NCBI RefSeq assembly: GCF_028289625.1 | Contig: NZ_JANQOM010000053.1 | Span: forward strand, 2,023 to 66,022 | DNA length: 64,000 nucleotides | Direction of reading: 5' to 3' | Source: Winogradskyella sp. | Lineage (GTDB): Bacteria > Bacteroidota > Bacteroidia > Flavobacteriales > Flavobacteriaceae | Shown: piece by piece, positions 47,449 to 56,591 of the stretch | How positions within the stretch are numbered: position 1 is the first letter of the stretch | How the letters are laid out: each line of letters starts with the position of its first letter | Notes under the pieces: generated by a model | Seen by the model: the letters and a program-made list of their open reading frames with translations, nothing else | Told to the model about the DNA's origin: nothing | The model's database searches: none | Translations under genes and position numbers: made by a program

Positions 47449-49047
47449 ATGATAAAGAAATTATTACTCCTGAGTATCACATTATTGCTGGTAAACTGTG
47501 GAAGTTCTTCAAAAGGTAACACCGCTTCGCAAATGAAGGAAGCAACAACTATTGATCCAACAGAATATGCAACTACAATTACCTCGGATGAATTAAAGGA
47601 AATGTTATATACCTATGCTTCAGATGAATTTGAAGGAAGAGATACAGGTGAAAAGGGCCAAAAAATGGCTGTAGAATACCTAAAAAACCAATACAAGTCC
47701 ATGGGTATTGCTACGCCGTTGGGCAACGACGATTATTTTCAGGAAGTCCCCTTAGAAAAACAAAGTGTAGCCGAAGCCAAAATTTCTGTCAATGAAACCA
47801 GTTTTAAAAGCTTTGAAGACCATATTGTTTTAAGGTCTCCTGGTAATGTATCCATTTCCGAAGGTGAAATCGTCTATATGGGTTATGGTATTGATGCGGA
47901 TAATTATTCAGATTACAAAGATATAAACGTCAAAGGTAAAATTGTTCTAGCTAAAGCAGGAGAACCAAAAGATGCAGAAGGTAATTATGTAACATCTGGT
48001 AAGCCAGAAAATACCAAATGGTCTTACGGTCGTCAATCAATTTCAAGTAAAAGGGATGCTGCAAGAGATCATGGAGCAAAAGGACTTATTTATATGGATA
48101 ATGACCTCTTTCTAAGATATGCATCATACTTCCAAAGATTAGCCTCAGCTGGTATCCCAGGACGATTGAGTTTGAAAAGTAATGAACCAGAAATGATGAT
48201 GTTGATGGTAAATGAAAATCTTGGTAAAGCCATATATAATACAATTCTAACTGATAATGAACAAAAATTAATCAAAACCAAAATAGAATTGTCCATTGAA
48301 AATAAATCGGAAATTGTAGCCTCAGAAAATGTGGTTGCTTACATTGAAGGTTCTGAAAAACCTGATGAATTTGTTGTTATCTCCGCTCACTTGGATCACG
48401 AAGGCATCAAAAACGGCGAAATTTACAACGGCGCTGATGATGATGGTTCTGGTACGGTAGCCCTTGTTGAAATTGCTGAAGCATTTAAAACGGCTGAAAA
48501 AGTAGGACATGGACCCAAACGCTCAATTTTATTTCTTCATGTAACAGGCGAGGAAAAAGGGCTTTTAGGCTCTAGACATTATACTGACAATGATCCTATA
48601 TTCCCTCTGGAAAATACAGTAGCTAATTTAAATATCGATATGATAGGTAGAACAGATCCTAAACGAGAAGAGGGCGATAGGAATTATGTATACCTTATTG
48701 GCAGTGATAAATTAAGTACAGAATTACATAACATTTCTGAAGCCGTTAACGCCAAATGTTGCAACATAGAATTAGACTATACCTACAACGACGACAACGA
48801 TCCTAATCGTTTTTATTACCGATCAGATCATTACAATTTTGCAAAAAATAATATTCCGGTTATCTTCTATTTTAATGGTACTCATGATGATTATCACAAA
48901 CCAAGTGATACACCAGATAAGATTGAATACGATTTGTTAGAGAATAGAGCACGCTTAGTGTTCCACACGGCTTGGGAGTTAGCTAACAGAAAAGAACGCA
49001 TTAAAGTAGACAAAGCTTTTGCCGAAACTAAACTGATGGGACAATAA
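47449..49047 (+). CDS. M28-family zinc aminopeptidase with inserted PA domain
   Basis: 532 aa (signal LLVNCG). Same motif set as the neighbour (AHLDHEG, GADDDGSGT, EEKGLLGS, RSDHYNF) plus a ~180-aa PA-like insert. Confidence 0.85.
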   Translation: MIKKLLLLSITLLLVNCGSSSKGNTASQMKEATTIDPTEYATTITSDELKEMLYTYASDEFEGRDTGEKGQKMAVEYLKNQYKSMGIATPLGNDDYFQEVPLEKQSVAEAKISVNETSFKSFEDHIVLRSPGNVSISEGEIVYMGYGIDADNYSDYKDINVKGKIVLAKAGEPKDAEGNYVTSGKPENTKWSYGRQSISSKRDAARDHGAKGLIYMDNDLFLRYASYFQRLASAGIPGRLSLKSNEPEMMMLMVNENLGKAIYNTILTDNEQKLIKTKIELSIENKSEIVASENVVAYIEGSEKPDEFVVISAHLDHEGIKNGEIYNGADDDGSGTVALVEIAEAFKTAEKVGHGPKRSILFLHVTGEEKGLLGSRHYTDNDPIFPLENTVANLNIDMIGRTDPKREEGDRNYVYLIGSDKLSTELHNISEAVNAKCCNIELDYTYNDDNDPNRFYYRSDHYNFAKNNIPVIFYFNGTHDDYHKPSDTPDKIEYDLLENRARLVFHTAWELANRKERIKVDKAFAETKLMGQ

Positions 49048-49114
49048 CCAAATAAGTAAAAAAAGGTTTTGCAAAAAAACGTAAATCCTTTACATTTGCA
49101 ATCCTAATTAAAAT

Positions 49115-49189
49115 GGTGGTTGTAGCTCAGTTGGTTAGAGCGCCTGATTGTGGTTCAGGAGGTCGTCGGTTCGAGACCGATCTTCCACC
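49115..49189 (+). tRNA. tRNA-His (anticodon GUG) with encoded G-1
   Basis: Hand fold: G-1, D-arm GCTC/GAGC, anticodon stem CCTGA/TCAGG with loop TTGTGGT, T-arm GTCGG-TTCGAGA-CCGAT, C73. The acceptor stem shows two adjacent U-U mismatches (5-68 and 6-67). Confidence 0.85.
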
Positions 49190-49200
49190 CAAAAAGACCA

Positions 49201-49228
49201 AGCCTTTCAGAAATGAAGGGCTTTTTTT
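49201..49228. terminator. bidirectional terminator (tRNA-His / bshB1)
   Basis: AGCCTTTCA, loop GAAA, TGAAGGGCT, followed by T7. It lies between convergent genes. Confidence 0.7.
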
Positions 49229-49234
49229 GTCCGC

Positions 49235-49957
49235 TTATATCAAGTCAAATAAAGAAGCTACAGCCGGATAACGCTCAACCGTAAAACCTTCACCATATTC
49301 AGTTCCGATAAGCCTTCCTATGTTTCTAGCTCTATAAGTAATACTATCGGTAAAGTTTTTGCTCGAAATTGGTGTTTCTGGCTCCTCACTGTTCGGATCA
49401 AAAAACTGTGTTCTATAGGCTTGAACCGATTCCATCTTTTTATCCATAAATCCAGTGACATCGACTACGATATCGGGTGTAAGATCTTTCCACTGAATAT
49501 AGTGATAAACGGCTTTTGGTCTCCAAGGTAATTGCCAATCATCTTCATCATCGTGCCTAGTATCAATTTTTCGTAAGCCACTTAAAAAACAGGCATCACT
49601 TACGAGTTGGCTAGCACGTCCATGATCAATGTGTCGATCTTCAATGGCATTGCATATTACTATTTCGGGCTTATACTTTCGTATTTCTTTAATAACTTCT
49701 ATTTGATGATGCCTATCATTAACAAAGAAGCCATCGGCAAATTCCATATTAGTGCGCATAGCTAAACCGAGAATCCGAGCGGCTTCAGTAGATTCTTCAT
49801 CACGCGTCTCAGCAGTGCCTCGAGTCCCCAATTCACCTCTGGTTAAATCTATAATCCCTACTTTTTTGCCATTGGCAACCTCTTTTGCAATCGTTGCCCC
49901 ACAACCTAATTCTACATCATCTGGATGTGCTCCAATGGCTAAAATGTCTAATTTCAT
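49235..49957 (-). CDS. bshB1: bacillithiol biosynthesis deacetylase BshB1 (LmbE/PIG-L family)
   Basis: 240 aa with AIGAHPDDVELGCGATIAK and the HxDH motif (HIDH). Confidence 0.85.
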   Translation of the reverse strand: MKLDILAIGAHPDDVELGCGATIAKEVANGKKVGIIDLTRGELGTRGTAETRDEESTEAARILGLAMRTNMEFADGFFVNDRHHQIEVIKEIRKYKPEIVICNAIEDRHIDHGRASQLVSDACFLSGLRKIDTRHDDEDDWQLPWRPKAVYHYIQWKDLTPDIVVDVTGFMDKKMESVQAYRTQFFDPNSEEPETPISSKNFTDSITYRARNIGRLIGTEYGEGFTVERYPAVASLFDLI

Positions 49958-50178
49958 GTGTTACTTAGTTTTTTCAGATGTCAAAAATATTAAAAAGCAT
50001 ATAGAATATCGATTTCTTTTTATTCCGCAAACGGTTTCGTTTAAATTCTCCCCATATTTCTTATTAAATATATCACTAAAATTGAATAATTCGTAATTCC
50101 AAGAAAGCATGACATTCGTCATAATTATTGCTCTGTTCTACAAGTAATTTTACTCTGTAATTCTTAGTAGACATAATT

Positions 50179-52017
50179 ATGAATTTAATGCTGGCCATCT
50201 TAATCATTACCATAGCTCTTTTTATTTGGGGGAAATTTACGCCAGATGTCGTTGCCTTACTTTCTATGTTAAGCCTATTCCTTTTTGGTATTTTAGATTT
50301 AACAGAAACCTTGAGCGGCTTTAGCAACCCAACTGTGATTATGATTGCCGCTTTATTTATAATCGGTGAGGGTTTATCCCAAACAGGATGGACTGCTTTA
50401 GCTGGTCAAAAATTCATAAAAATGGCCGGTAAGAGTACGACCAAACTTCTACTCATAACGACCCTAGGCTCTGGTCTTTTATCGGGAGTTGTCAGTAACA
50501 CAGGTACAGTGGCTACTTTAATGCCAGTAACCATTTCTTCCGCATGGAGTATCGGAACATTACCCTCTAAACTCCTAATGCCAGTAGCTTTCGGATCAAA
50601 TACTGGTGGTTTATTGACGTTAACAGGTACACCACCCAATATCATTGTTAATAACACCATGTTAGAAAGTGGTATGGAAGGCTTTTCCTTCTTTGAATTT
50701 GCATTAATAGGCTTACCGTTATTACTTATTACACTTGTCTACTTCAGATATATAGGATATAGATTATTACCCAGCAACAAAACCAATAACAAACCTGTAG
50801 ATATAAGCACTACACTTCATAAATGGATTGAAGCTTACAAAGTAGATGACGACTATTATCGACTTAGAGTCCGTTCGGTATCCCCTTTACTCGATACTAC
50901 ACTAGGGCAATGGAAGTTTGAAGACAAGCATCAAGTCTCTATCCTAAGAATTAAGCGACGTTATCCCAATCTTCTAAAACGTAATGAGTCCTTTATAGAA
51001 TTTCCCTCCGATGATACTGAATTTAAGTATCATGATATTATCACTGTAAAGGGAGATACTGAGGCCATCAATGCCCTAATGATTAGATTTAGATTAGGTC
51101 TTTTACCATTAGAACCAATTGCAGACGAACTTCGAAACAACCTTATCAACCAAGAGGTTGGTATGACTGAAATTATAGTAACACCGAAGTCAACCTTAGT
51201 AGGAAGAAAAGTAAGAATAGGCCGCTTCTTTAAACGATTTGGTGTTCAACTGATGGCCGCATCTAGAAACAACAAGGCGTTTACAGATCGCGAAATTGTG
51301 GTTAAAGCTGGTGATGCTTTTTTAATACGTGGTATCTGGAGCGATATAGAACAACTAAAAGCTCATCACGAAAATTTAGTCATCATTGGAAGTCCTGAAG
51401 GTATGGCCAAAACCGTGACCAACATCACTCACAAATCGTATATCGCACTTTTTGCACTGGTTTTAATGATAGGCTTATTAGTATTTAAAATCGTTCCTGG
51501 TGCTGTAGCTGCTTTAATCTCAGCTGGAATCGTTTTAGTATCGGGTTGTGTACCAATAACAAAGGCATATAAAGGCATCAGTTGGATTAGTGTCGTCATG
51601 ATAGCCGCAATGATTCCAATGGGATTAGCACTCCAAAAAACAGGAGTCGCACAGCTTATTGCCAGTGGTCTTGTTGAAACCTTGGGGAACTTACATCCTA
51701 TTGTATTACTAGGTGGCATATTCCTATTGACAACAACATTTAGCCAAGTGATTAATAATTCTGCTACGGCAGTGCTAATGGCACCAATTGTCATATTAGC
51801 CGCCAACAGTCTTAACCTGTCTGCAACACCATTTATGATTGCTGTAGCCATAAGCGCTTCAACAGCTTTCCTAACACCAGTTGGAACAACAACAAATGCC
51901 ATGGTGATGACAGGTGGTGGTTATAAGTTCAAAGACTATGTAACAGTAGGAGCACCTTTGCTTCTGCTATTCTTAATAACAACATTACTATTAGTGCCAT
52001 TGATTTGGCCGTTTTAA
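50179..52017 (+). CDS. SLC13/DASS-family anion permease with two central TrkA-C (RCK_C) domains
   Basis: 612 aa. Two polytopic halves flank about 200 aa of soluble RCK_C-like sequence. Confidence 0.85.
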   Translation: MNLMLAILIITIALFIWGKFTPDVVALLSMLSLFLFGILDLTETLSGFSNPTVIMIAALFIIGEGLSQTGWTALAGQKFIKMAGKSTTKLLLITTLGSGLLSGVVSNTGTVATLMPVTISSAWSIGTLPSKLLMPVAFGSNTGGLLTLTGTPPNIIVNNTMLESGMEGFSFFEFALIGLPLLLITLVYFRYIGYRLLPSNKTNNKPVDISTTLHKWIEAYKVDDDYYRLRVRSVSPLLDTTLGQWKFEDKHQVSILRIKRRYPNLLKRNESFIEFPSDDTEFKYHDIITVKGDTEAINALMIRFRLGLLPLEPIADELRNNLINQEVGMTEIIVTPKSTLVGRKVRIGRFFKRFGVQLMAASRNNKAFTDREIVVKAGDAFLIRGIWSDIEQLKAHHENLVIIGSPEGMAKTVTNITHKSYIALFALVLMIGLLVFKIVPGAVAALISAGIVLVSGCVPITKAYKGISWISVVMIAAMIPMGLALQKTGVAQLIASGLVETLGNLHPIVLLGGIFLLTTTFSQVINNSATAVLMAPIVILAANSLNLSATPFMIAVAISASTAFLTPVGTTTNAMVMTGGGYKFKDYVTVGAPLLLLFLITTLLLVPLIWPF

Positions 52018-52067
52018 GTGGAGTAAAAAAATAAATAGAAAAATAATGGACTATTAAACATATAATT

Positions 52068-53963
52068 ATGGAAACATTAGAATTTAAAAAAGATACTTTA
52101 CCTGTTGGTAACATTTCAGAATTACGGGAGTTACTTGATGTTGCACCAAGTGTTACGCTTGCAAGGAACACTGATGAACTTGTAGATTTAGCCGTTGGCG
52201 GCGAGTTGAACAAAACCAAAGAAGTTCGATTTGATTTGCCAGATGGAAGTAGTTATCACGAAGTAGACGTGATGCGAACTAAAAATGGTATAGCAGCAAA
52301 TTATACTGAGGTTTACATGCGCAGACGAGATCCTGAATGTATGGTAATAGCAGATGACCGACCTACCGATAAGCCTACATTTAAAGATCGGTTTGGAACC
52401 AGCTTTGATTCCCTTAGAGAAGAAACATTCGAGTGGTTAAAAAAACAAGACTTGGCCATGTTTTATTTTCATGCTGGTAAACCAGGTATGGGCTATAATG
52501 CAGTAGCGATTATCCCAGCTAATTGCGGTTTCTTTGGATTGGGATTAGCGCTCTTGCAGGGCATATTAGACTATACGGACTTACCTGAGGATTTTTCACC
52601 TGAAGCTGTTATTTATGTGGCACCTCCATTTAGACACACGCACTTTGAGGGAAAACAAGTTGTAGTACACAACAGAATACCTGATAAATATGAAATGTTC
52701 TCTTATAACCTCTATCCAGGACCAAGTGCAAAAAAAGGAGTCTATGGTATGCTAATTGGTAAAGGTGAAGATGAAGGTTGGGTAACGGCACACTGTTCCG
52801 CAGTAAGAGTAACTACACCTTATGATAACGTAATAACCATGATGCACGAAGGTGCCAGTGGTGGTGGGAAAAGTGAGATGCTACAACAGCCTCACAGACT
52901 TGATAATGGTAGAATCTTACTTGGAAAAAACATTTTCACTGACGAAGAATTTGCCTTAGAGCTTCCAAGGACCTGCGATTTGAGTCCTGTAACTGATGAT
53001 ATGGCCTTATGCCATCCTAACTTGCAGCAGGATGCCAAAAAACTTTGGCTAGAGGATGCCGAAGATGCTTGGTTTGTTAGAGTAGATCACATAAAACACT
53101 ATGGAACGGATATCACACTTGAGAAAATTACGGCTCAATCTGAGCAACCACTTTTATTCCTAAATATTGAAGCAGTACCAGGTGGAAGGGCGATGATTTG
53201 GGATCATGTTGAGGATAAACCAGGAGTACCATGTCCAAACCCAAGAGTAATTTTACCTAGGGACGCTATGCCAGGAGTGTATTCAGGATCTGTGAGGGTA
53301 GACATTAGAAGTATTGGGTTAAGAACTCCCCCTTGTAGCAAGGAAGAGCCAAATTATGGTATCGTTGGATTAATGCACGTTTTACCACCAGCTCTGGCTT
53401 GGTTATGGCGTTTAGTAGCTCCAAGAGGGCACGCTAATCCTAGTATTATTCAAACCGAAGGTATTAGTAGTGAAGGTGTTGGAAGCTATTGGCCATTTGC
53501 TACTGGTAAGAAAGTAAAACAAGCCAATTTGCTTTTAGAGCAAATAATCAGAACTCCTGGTGTTAAGTACATTCTAACACCAAACCAACATATTGGGGCT
53601 TGGAAAACCAGTTTTATGCCACAATGGATAAGTAGAGAATTTTTGGCTAGACGCGGAAATGCTAGTTTTAACGAGGAACAAATAAGCCCTTCTAGATGTA
53701 GTTTATTAGGTTATAGCTTAAACTCTATGAAGGTTGAAGGTGTAAGAGTCTCCAGAAGATTCCTTAAGGTTGAAAGACAAGAAGAAGTTGGAACTGAAGC
53801 TTACGACCAAGGTGCTGAAATGTTATATGATTTCTTCGTAAAAACCTTGGCTCAATTCCAAGATGAAAATTTACATCCATTGGGTCAAAAAATTATTGAA
53901 TGTTGTTTGAACCGTGGTACCATAGAAGATTACGAAAGAATCTTTAATGAGTATGTAAAATAA
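52068..53963 (+). CDS. uncharacterised PEPCK/HPr-kinase-like P-loop protein (DUF4914-like; family name from memory)
   Basis: 631 aa. P-loop GASGGGKSE (52851-52874) resembles the HPrK/P and PckA kinase-1a loops and is followed by a DD motif (PVTDDMALCH). Confidence 0.6.
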   Translation: METLEFKKDTLPVGNISELRELLDVAPSVTLARNTDELVDLAVGGELNKTKEVRFDLPDGSSYHEVDVMRTKNGIAANYTEVYMRRRDPECMVIADDRPTDKPTFKDRFGTSFDSLREETFEWLKKQDLAMFYFHAGKPGMGYNAVAIIPANCGFFGLGLALLQGILDYTDLPEDFSPEAVIYVAPPFRHTHFEGKQVVVHNRIPDKYEMFSYNLYPGPSAKKGVYGMLIGKGEDEGWVTAHCSAVRVTTPYDNVITMMHEGASGGGKSEMLQQPHRLDNGRILLGKNIFTDEEFALELPRTCDLSPVTDDMALCHPNLQQDAKKLWLEDAEDAWFVRVDHIKHYGTDITLEKITAQSEQPLLFLNIEAVPGGRAMIWDHVEDKPGVPCPNPRVILPRDAMPGVYSGSVRVDIRSIGLRTPPCSKEEPNYGIVGLMHVLPPALAWLWRLVAPRGHANPSIIQTEGISSEGVGSYWPFATGKKVKQANLLLEQIIRTPGVKYILTPNQHIGAWKTSFMPQWISREFLARRGNASFNEEQISPSRCSLLGYSLNSMKVEGVRVSRRFLKVERQEEVGTEAYDQGAEMLYDFFVKTLAQFQDENLHPLGQKIIECCLNRGTIEDYERIFNEYVK

Positions 53964-54012
53964 TTTAGAAGTCATTAATATTCAATCTGTCATATAAAAG
54001 TGAGGATAACTA

Positions 54013-54056
54013 ATGTCAAATAAGGGTTTTTGAATGCATCAATCCTTATTTGACAT
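54013..54056 (+). terminator. 13-bp perfect inverted repeat (hairpin) downstream of 52068..53963
   Basis: ATGTCAAATAAGG, N18, CCTTATTTGACAT. No clear T-run, so it may be a terminator or a regulatory hairpin. Confidence 0.4.
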
Positions 54057-54140
54057 GGCTTTCATAGTTTTTAAAACTCTAAAAAATAAGCATGATAAAT
54101 ATCATAGATTTTTGGTCTTAAACGAAGTAATTTTATGCAT

Positions 54141-54159
54141 TCATAAATATTATTTATGA
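54141..54159. promoter_or_regulatory. 19-bp perfect palindrome upstream of pckA (candidate operator)
   Basis: TCATAAATA-T-TATTTATGA. A third half-site, TCATAAAT, lies at 54163-54170, about 45 nt before the ATG. Confidence 0.35.
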
Positions 54160-54205
54160 TACTCATAAATCATTCTTTTGCAAAAAAAATCACAAACATA
54201 TAATC

Positions 54206-55843
54206 ATGGAAACATTATTAAAAGAACCAATTATGAAAACTAGAGACCTCACTAAGTATGGCATAATAGATTCTAAAGTACATTGGAATTTATCGCCAGA
54301 AGAATTACAAGCCATTACCGTAGAAAAGGGAATGGGGAAAGAGACTGCAAATGGTACATTGGCCATTAATACTGGGAAATTTACTGGACGTTCACCTCAA
54401 GATCGATTCTTAGTAAAAGATGATTATACAACAAATAGAGTATGGTGGGGAAAAACAAATAAAGGAATATCTCCTGAAAATTTTGATTATTTACAGTCTG
54501 AAATAGAAAAATACCTTAGTGGTAAAGAGATTTTTGCTAGAGATGGTTTTGTATGCTCCGACCCTAAGTATAGAATGGGTGTAAGAACTATAACTGAATA
54601 TCCTTGGTCTAATATGTTTATTTATAATATGTTCTTAAGACCAACAGCCGAAGAATTAGAGAACTTTGAAGAAGAGTGGTTGGTACTTTGTGCACCTGGT
54701 TACGAATGCCCAGAACCAGCTAAACGCGGACTTAGACAAGGTAACTTCTCAATACTTAATTTTACTAAGAAGATAGCACTTGTAGGTGGTTCCGCCTATA
54801 CAGGCGAAATGAAAAAAGGTATTTTCTCTGCTCTTAATATGATTTTACCTGTTGATAAAAACGTATTACCAATGCACTGTTCAGCTAATGTTGGCGAAGA
54901 TGGTGAAACCGCTATTTTTTTCGGTTTATCAGGAACTGGTAAAACTACTTTATCTGCCGATCCTGATCGTAAACTTATTGGTGATGATGAGCATGGTTGG
55001 ACAGCTGAAAATAGAATCTTTAATTTTGAAGGTGGATGTTATGCGAAATGTATAGACCTTACAGAAGAAAAAGAACCAGACATTTATAGAGCTATAAAGC
55101 CAGGGGCTATTCTTGAAAATGTGATTTTTAAGGACAATAATGAGGTAGATTATTTTGATAGCACCATTACACAGAATACGCGAGTAAGTTATCCATTATA
55201 TCATATAGATAATATACAAACACCATCTTATGCCGATAAACCCAAGAATATCTTCTTCTTAACTTGTGACGCATTTGGTGTATTACCGCCAGTATCGAAA
55301 TTAACTCCTGGTCAGGCCGCTTATCACTTTATATCTGGTTACACAGCTAAGGTAGCAGGTACAGAAGCAGGAATTACAGAGCCTGTACCATCATTCTCAG
55401 CATGTTTCGGTGAACCATTTATGCCATTACACCCAACAAAGTATGCAGAAATGTTAAGTGCAAAAATGCAAGAAGCTGGAGTTAACGTTTGGTTAGTAAA
55501 TACAGGATGGAGCGGTGGCCCATACGGTGTGGGTTCTCGCATAAAACTTAAATATACAAGAGCTATGATAACAGCCATTCTTAATGGAGACTTAGACAAT
55601 GTAGATTTCGAACAACATCCAATATTTGGATTATTTATGCCGAAGTATTGCCCTAATGTTCCAACGGAAATGTTAGACCCAATGAATACTTGGTTACAAA
55701 AAGGAGCTTACATAAGTAAAGCTATACAATTAGCACATTCTTTCCACTTGAATTTTGAAAAATTTGCAAGTGAGGCTTCAAATCAAATCATAGAAGGCGG
55801 TCCACTAATTGATGAACACCATCACTTAAACGACCACGTTTAA
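54206..55843 (+). CDS. pckA: phosphoenolpyruvate carboxykinase (ATP)
   Basis: 545 aa. FTGRSPQDRF, GLSGTGKTTLS, IGDDEHGW and NFEGGCYAK motifs. Confidence 0.96.
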   Translation: METLLKEPIMKTRDLTKYGIIDSKVHWNLSPEELQAITVEKGMGKETANGTLAINTGKFTGRSPQDRFLVKDDYTTNRVWWGKTNKGISPENFDYLQSEIEKYLSGKEIFARDGFVCSDPKYRMGVRTITEYPWSNMFIYNMFLRPTAEELENFEEEWLVLCAPGYECPEPAKRGLRQGNFSILNFTKKIALVGGSAYTGEMKKGIFSALNMILPVDKNVLPMHCSANVGEDGETAIFFGLSGTGKTTLSADPDRKLIGDDEHGWTAENRIFNFEGGCYAKCIDLTEEKEPDIYRAIKPGAILENVIFKDNNEVDYFDSTITQNTRVSYPLYHIDNIQTPSYADKPKNIFFLTCDAFGVLPPVSKLTPGQAAYHFISGYTAKVAGTEAGITEPVPSFSACFGEPFMPLHPTKYAEMLSAKMQEAGVNVWLVNTGWSGGPYGVGSRIKLKYTRAMITAILNGDLDNVDFEQHPIFGLFMPKYCPNVPTEMLDPMNTWLQKGAYISKAIQLAHSFHLNFEKFASEASNQIIEGGPLIDEHHHLNDHV

Positions 55844-55898
55844 TAATTCCATGACAGAGAGGAGCTCTTTCCGAGCTCCTCTTTTTTAATCACTCACA

Positions 55899-56591
55899 AT
55901 GAGACCCCAACTTTTCCCTCTTTTTTTATTTTTATTCACTTTTCAATTATTTTCACAAAATCCTTCGGAAAATCATCTTGGTTCCTGGTATACCTATGGT
56001 AGCCAACACAGATTAAGCGAACGAATAAGTCTATGTCCATATTCCGAATTGCGATTTTATGAGCCTTCATCAAATTATAATTTGGCCTTTGCATCAATAA
56101 GGGGAAACTATCATTTTAGTGCTAATCAAACCGTAGGTCTAGGTTATGCCTATTTAGATATTGACACTGTTTTTGAGTTTGATAATGAACCTAATATACA
56201 CGAGCATCGTATTTTTGAACAGTACACATTTTCGCACAAAGTTTCTCAAATCAGCCTGAGCCATCGTGCGCGTTTAGAACATCGATTTTTAGATTTCTCG
56301 GAGAGAAACGAACTTCAAAACCGTTTCCGTTATCGCATAAGCCTTAAGTACGATTTAAGCAAAACGTTCTTTGTGCTTGTGTCTGAAGAACCCTTTGTGA
56401 ATTTCCAAGACCAGGTATTTCATGAAAACCGTTTTTACGCCGGAATCGGCATTAACGTTCTAAAAAACTCCCGACTTCAAATAGGCTATTTAAAACAACA
56501 CATTAGAAAAAACAACTTGAATAGAATTCAAATTGGAATAAGCATAAAAACAGATTCCAGAAAATCAAAAACTAAGTTAGCACAGCTATAG
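55899..56591 (+). CDS. outer-membrane beta-barrel protein (DUF2490-like)
   Basis: 230 aa with a signal peptide and alternating beta pattern. Family assignment is from memory only. Confidence 0.5.
   Translation: MRPQLFPLFLFLFTFQLFSQNPSENHLGSWYTYGSQHRLSERISLCPYSELRFYEPSSNYNLAFASIRGNYHFSANQTVGLGYAYLDIDTVFEFDNEPNIHEHRIFEQYTFSHKVSQISLSHRARLEHRFLDFSERNELQNRFRYRISLKYDLSKTFFVLVSEEPFVNFQDQVFHENRFYAGIGINVLKNSRLQIGYLKQHIRKNNLNRIQIGISIKTDSRKSKTKLAQL

Noticed and set aside
46306-49047. Tandem M28 peptidase paralogs as something unusual
   Set aside because: This is an ordinary tandem duplication. Both keep all metal ligands and one gained a PA domain. It is common in Flavobacteriia.
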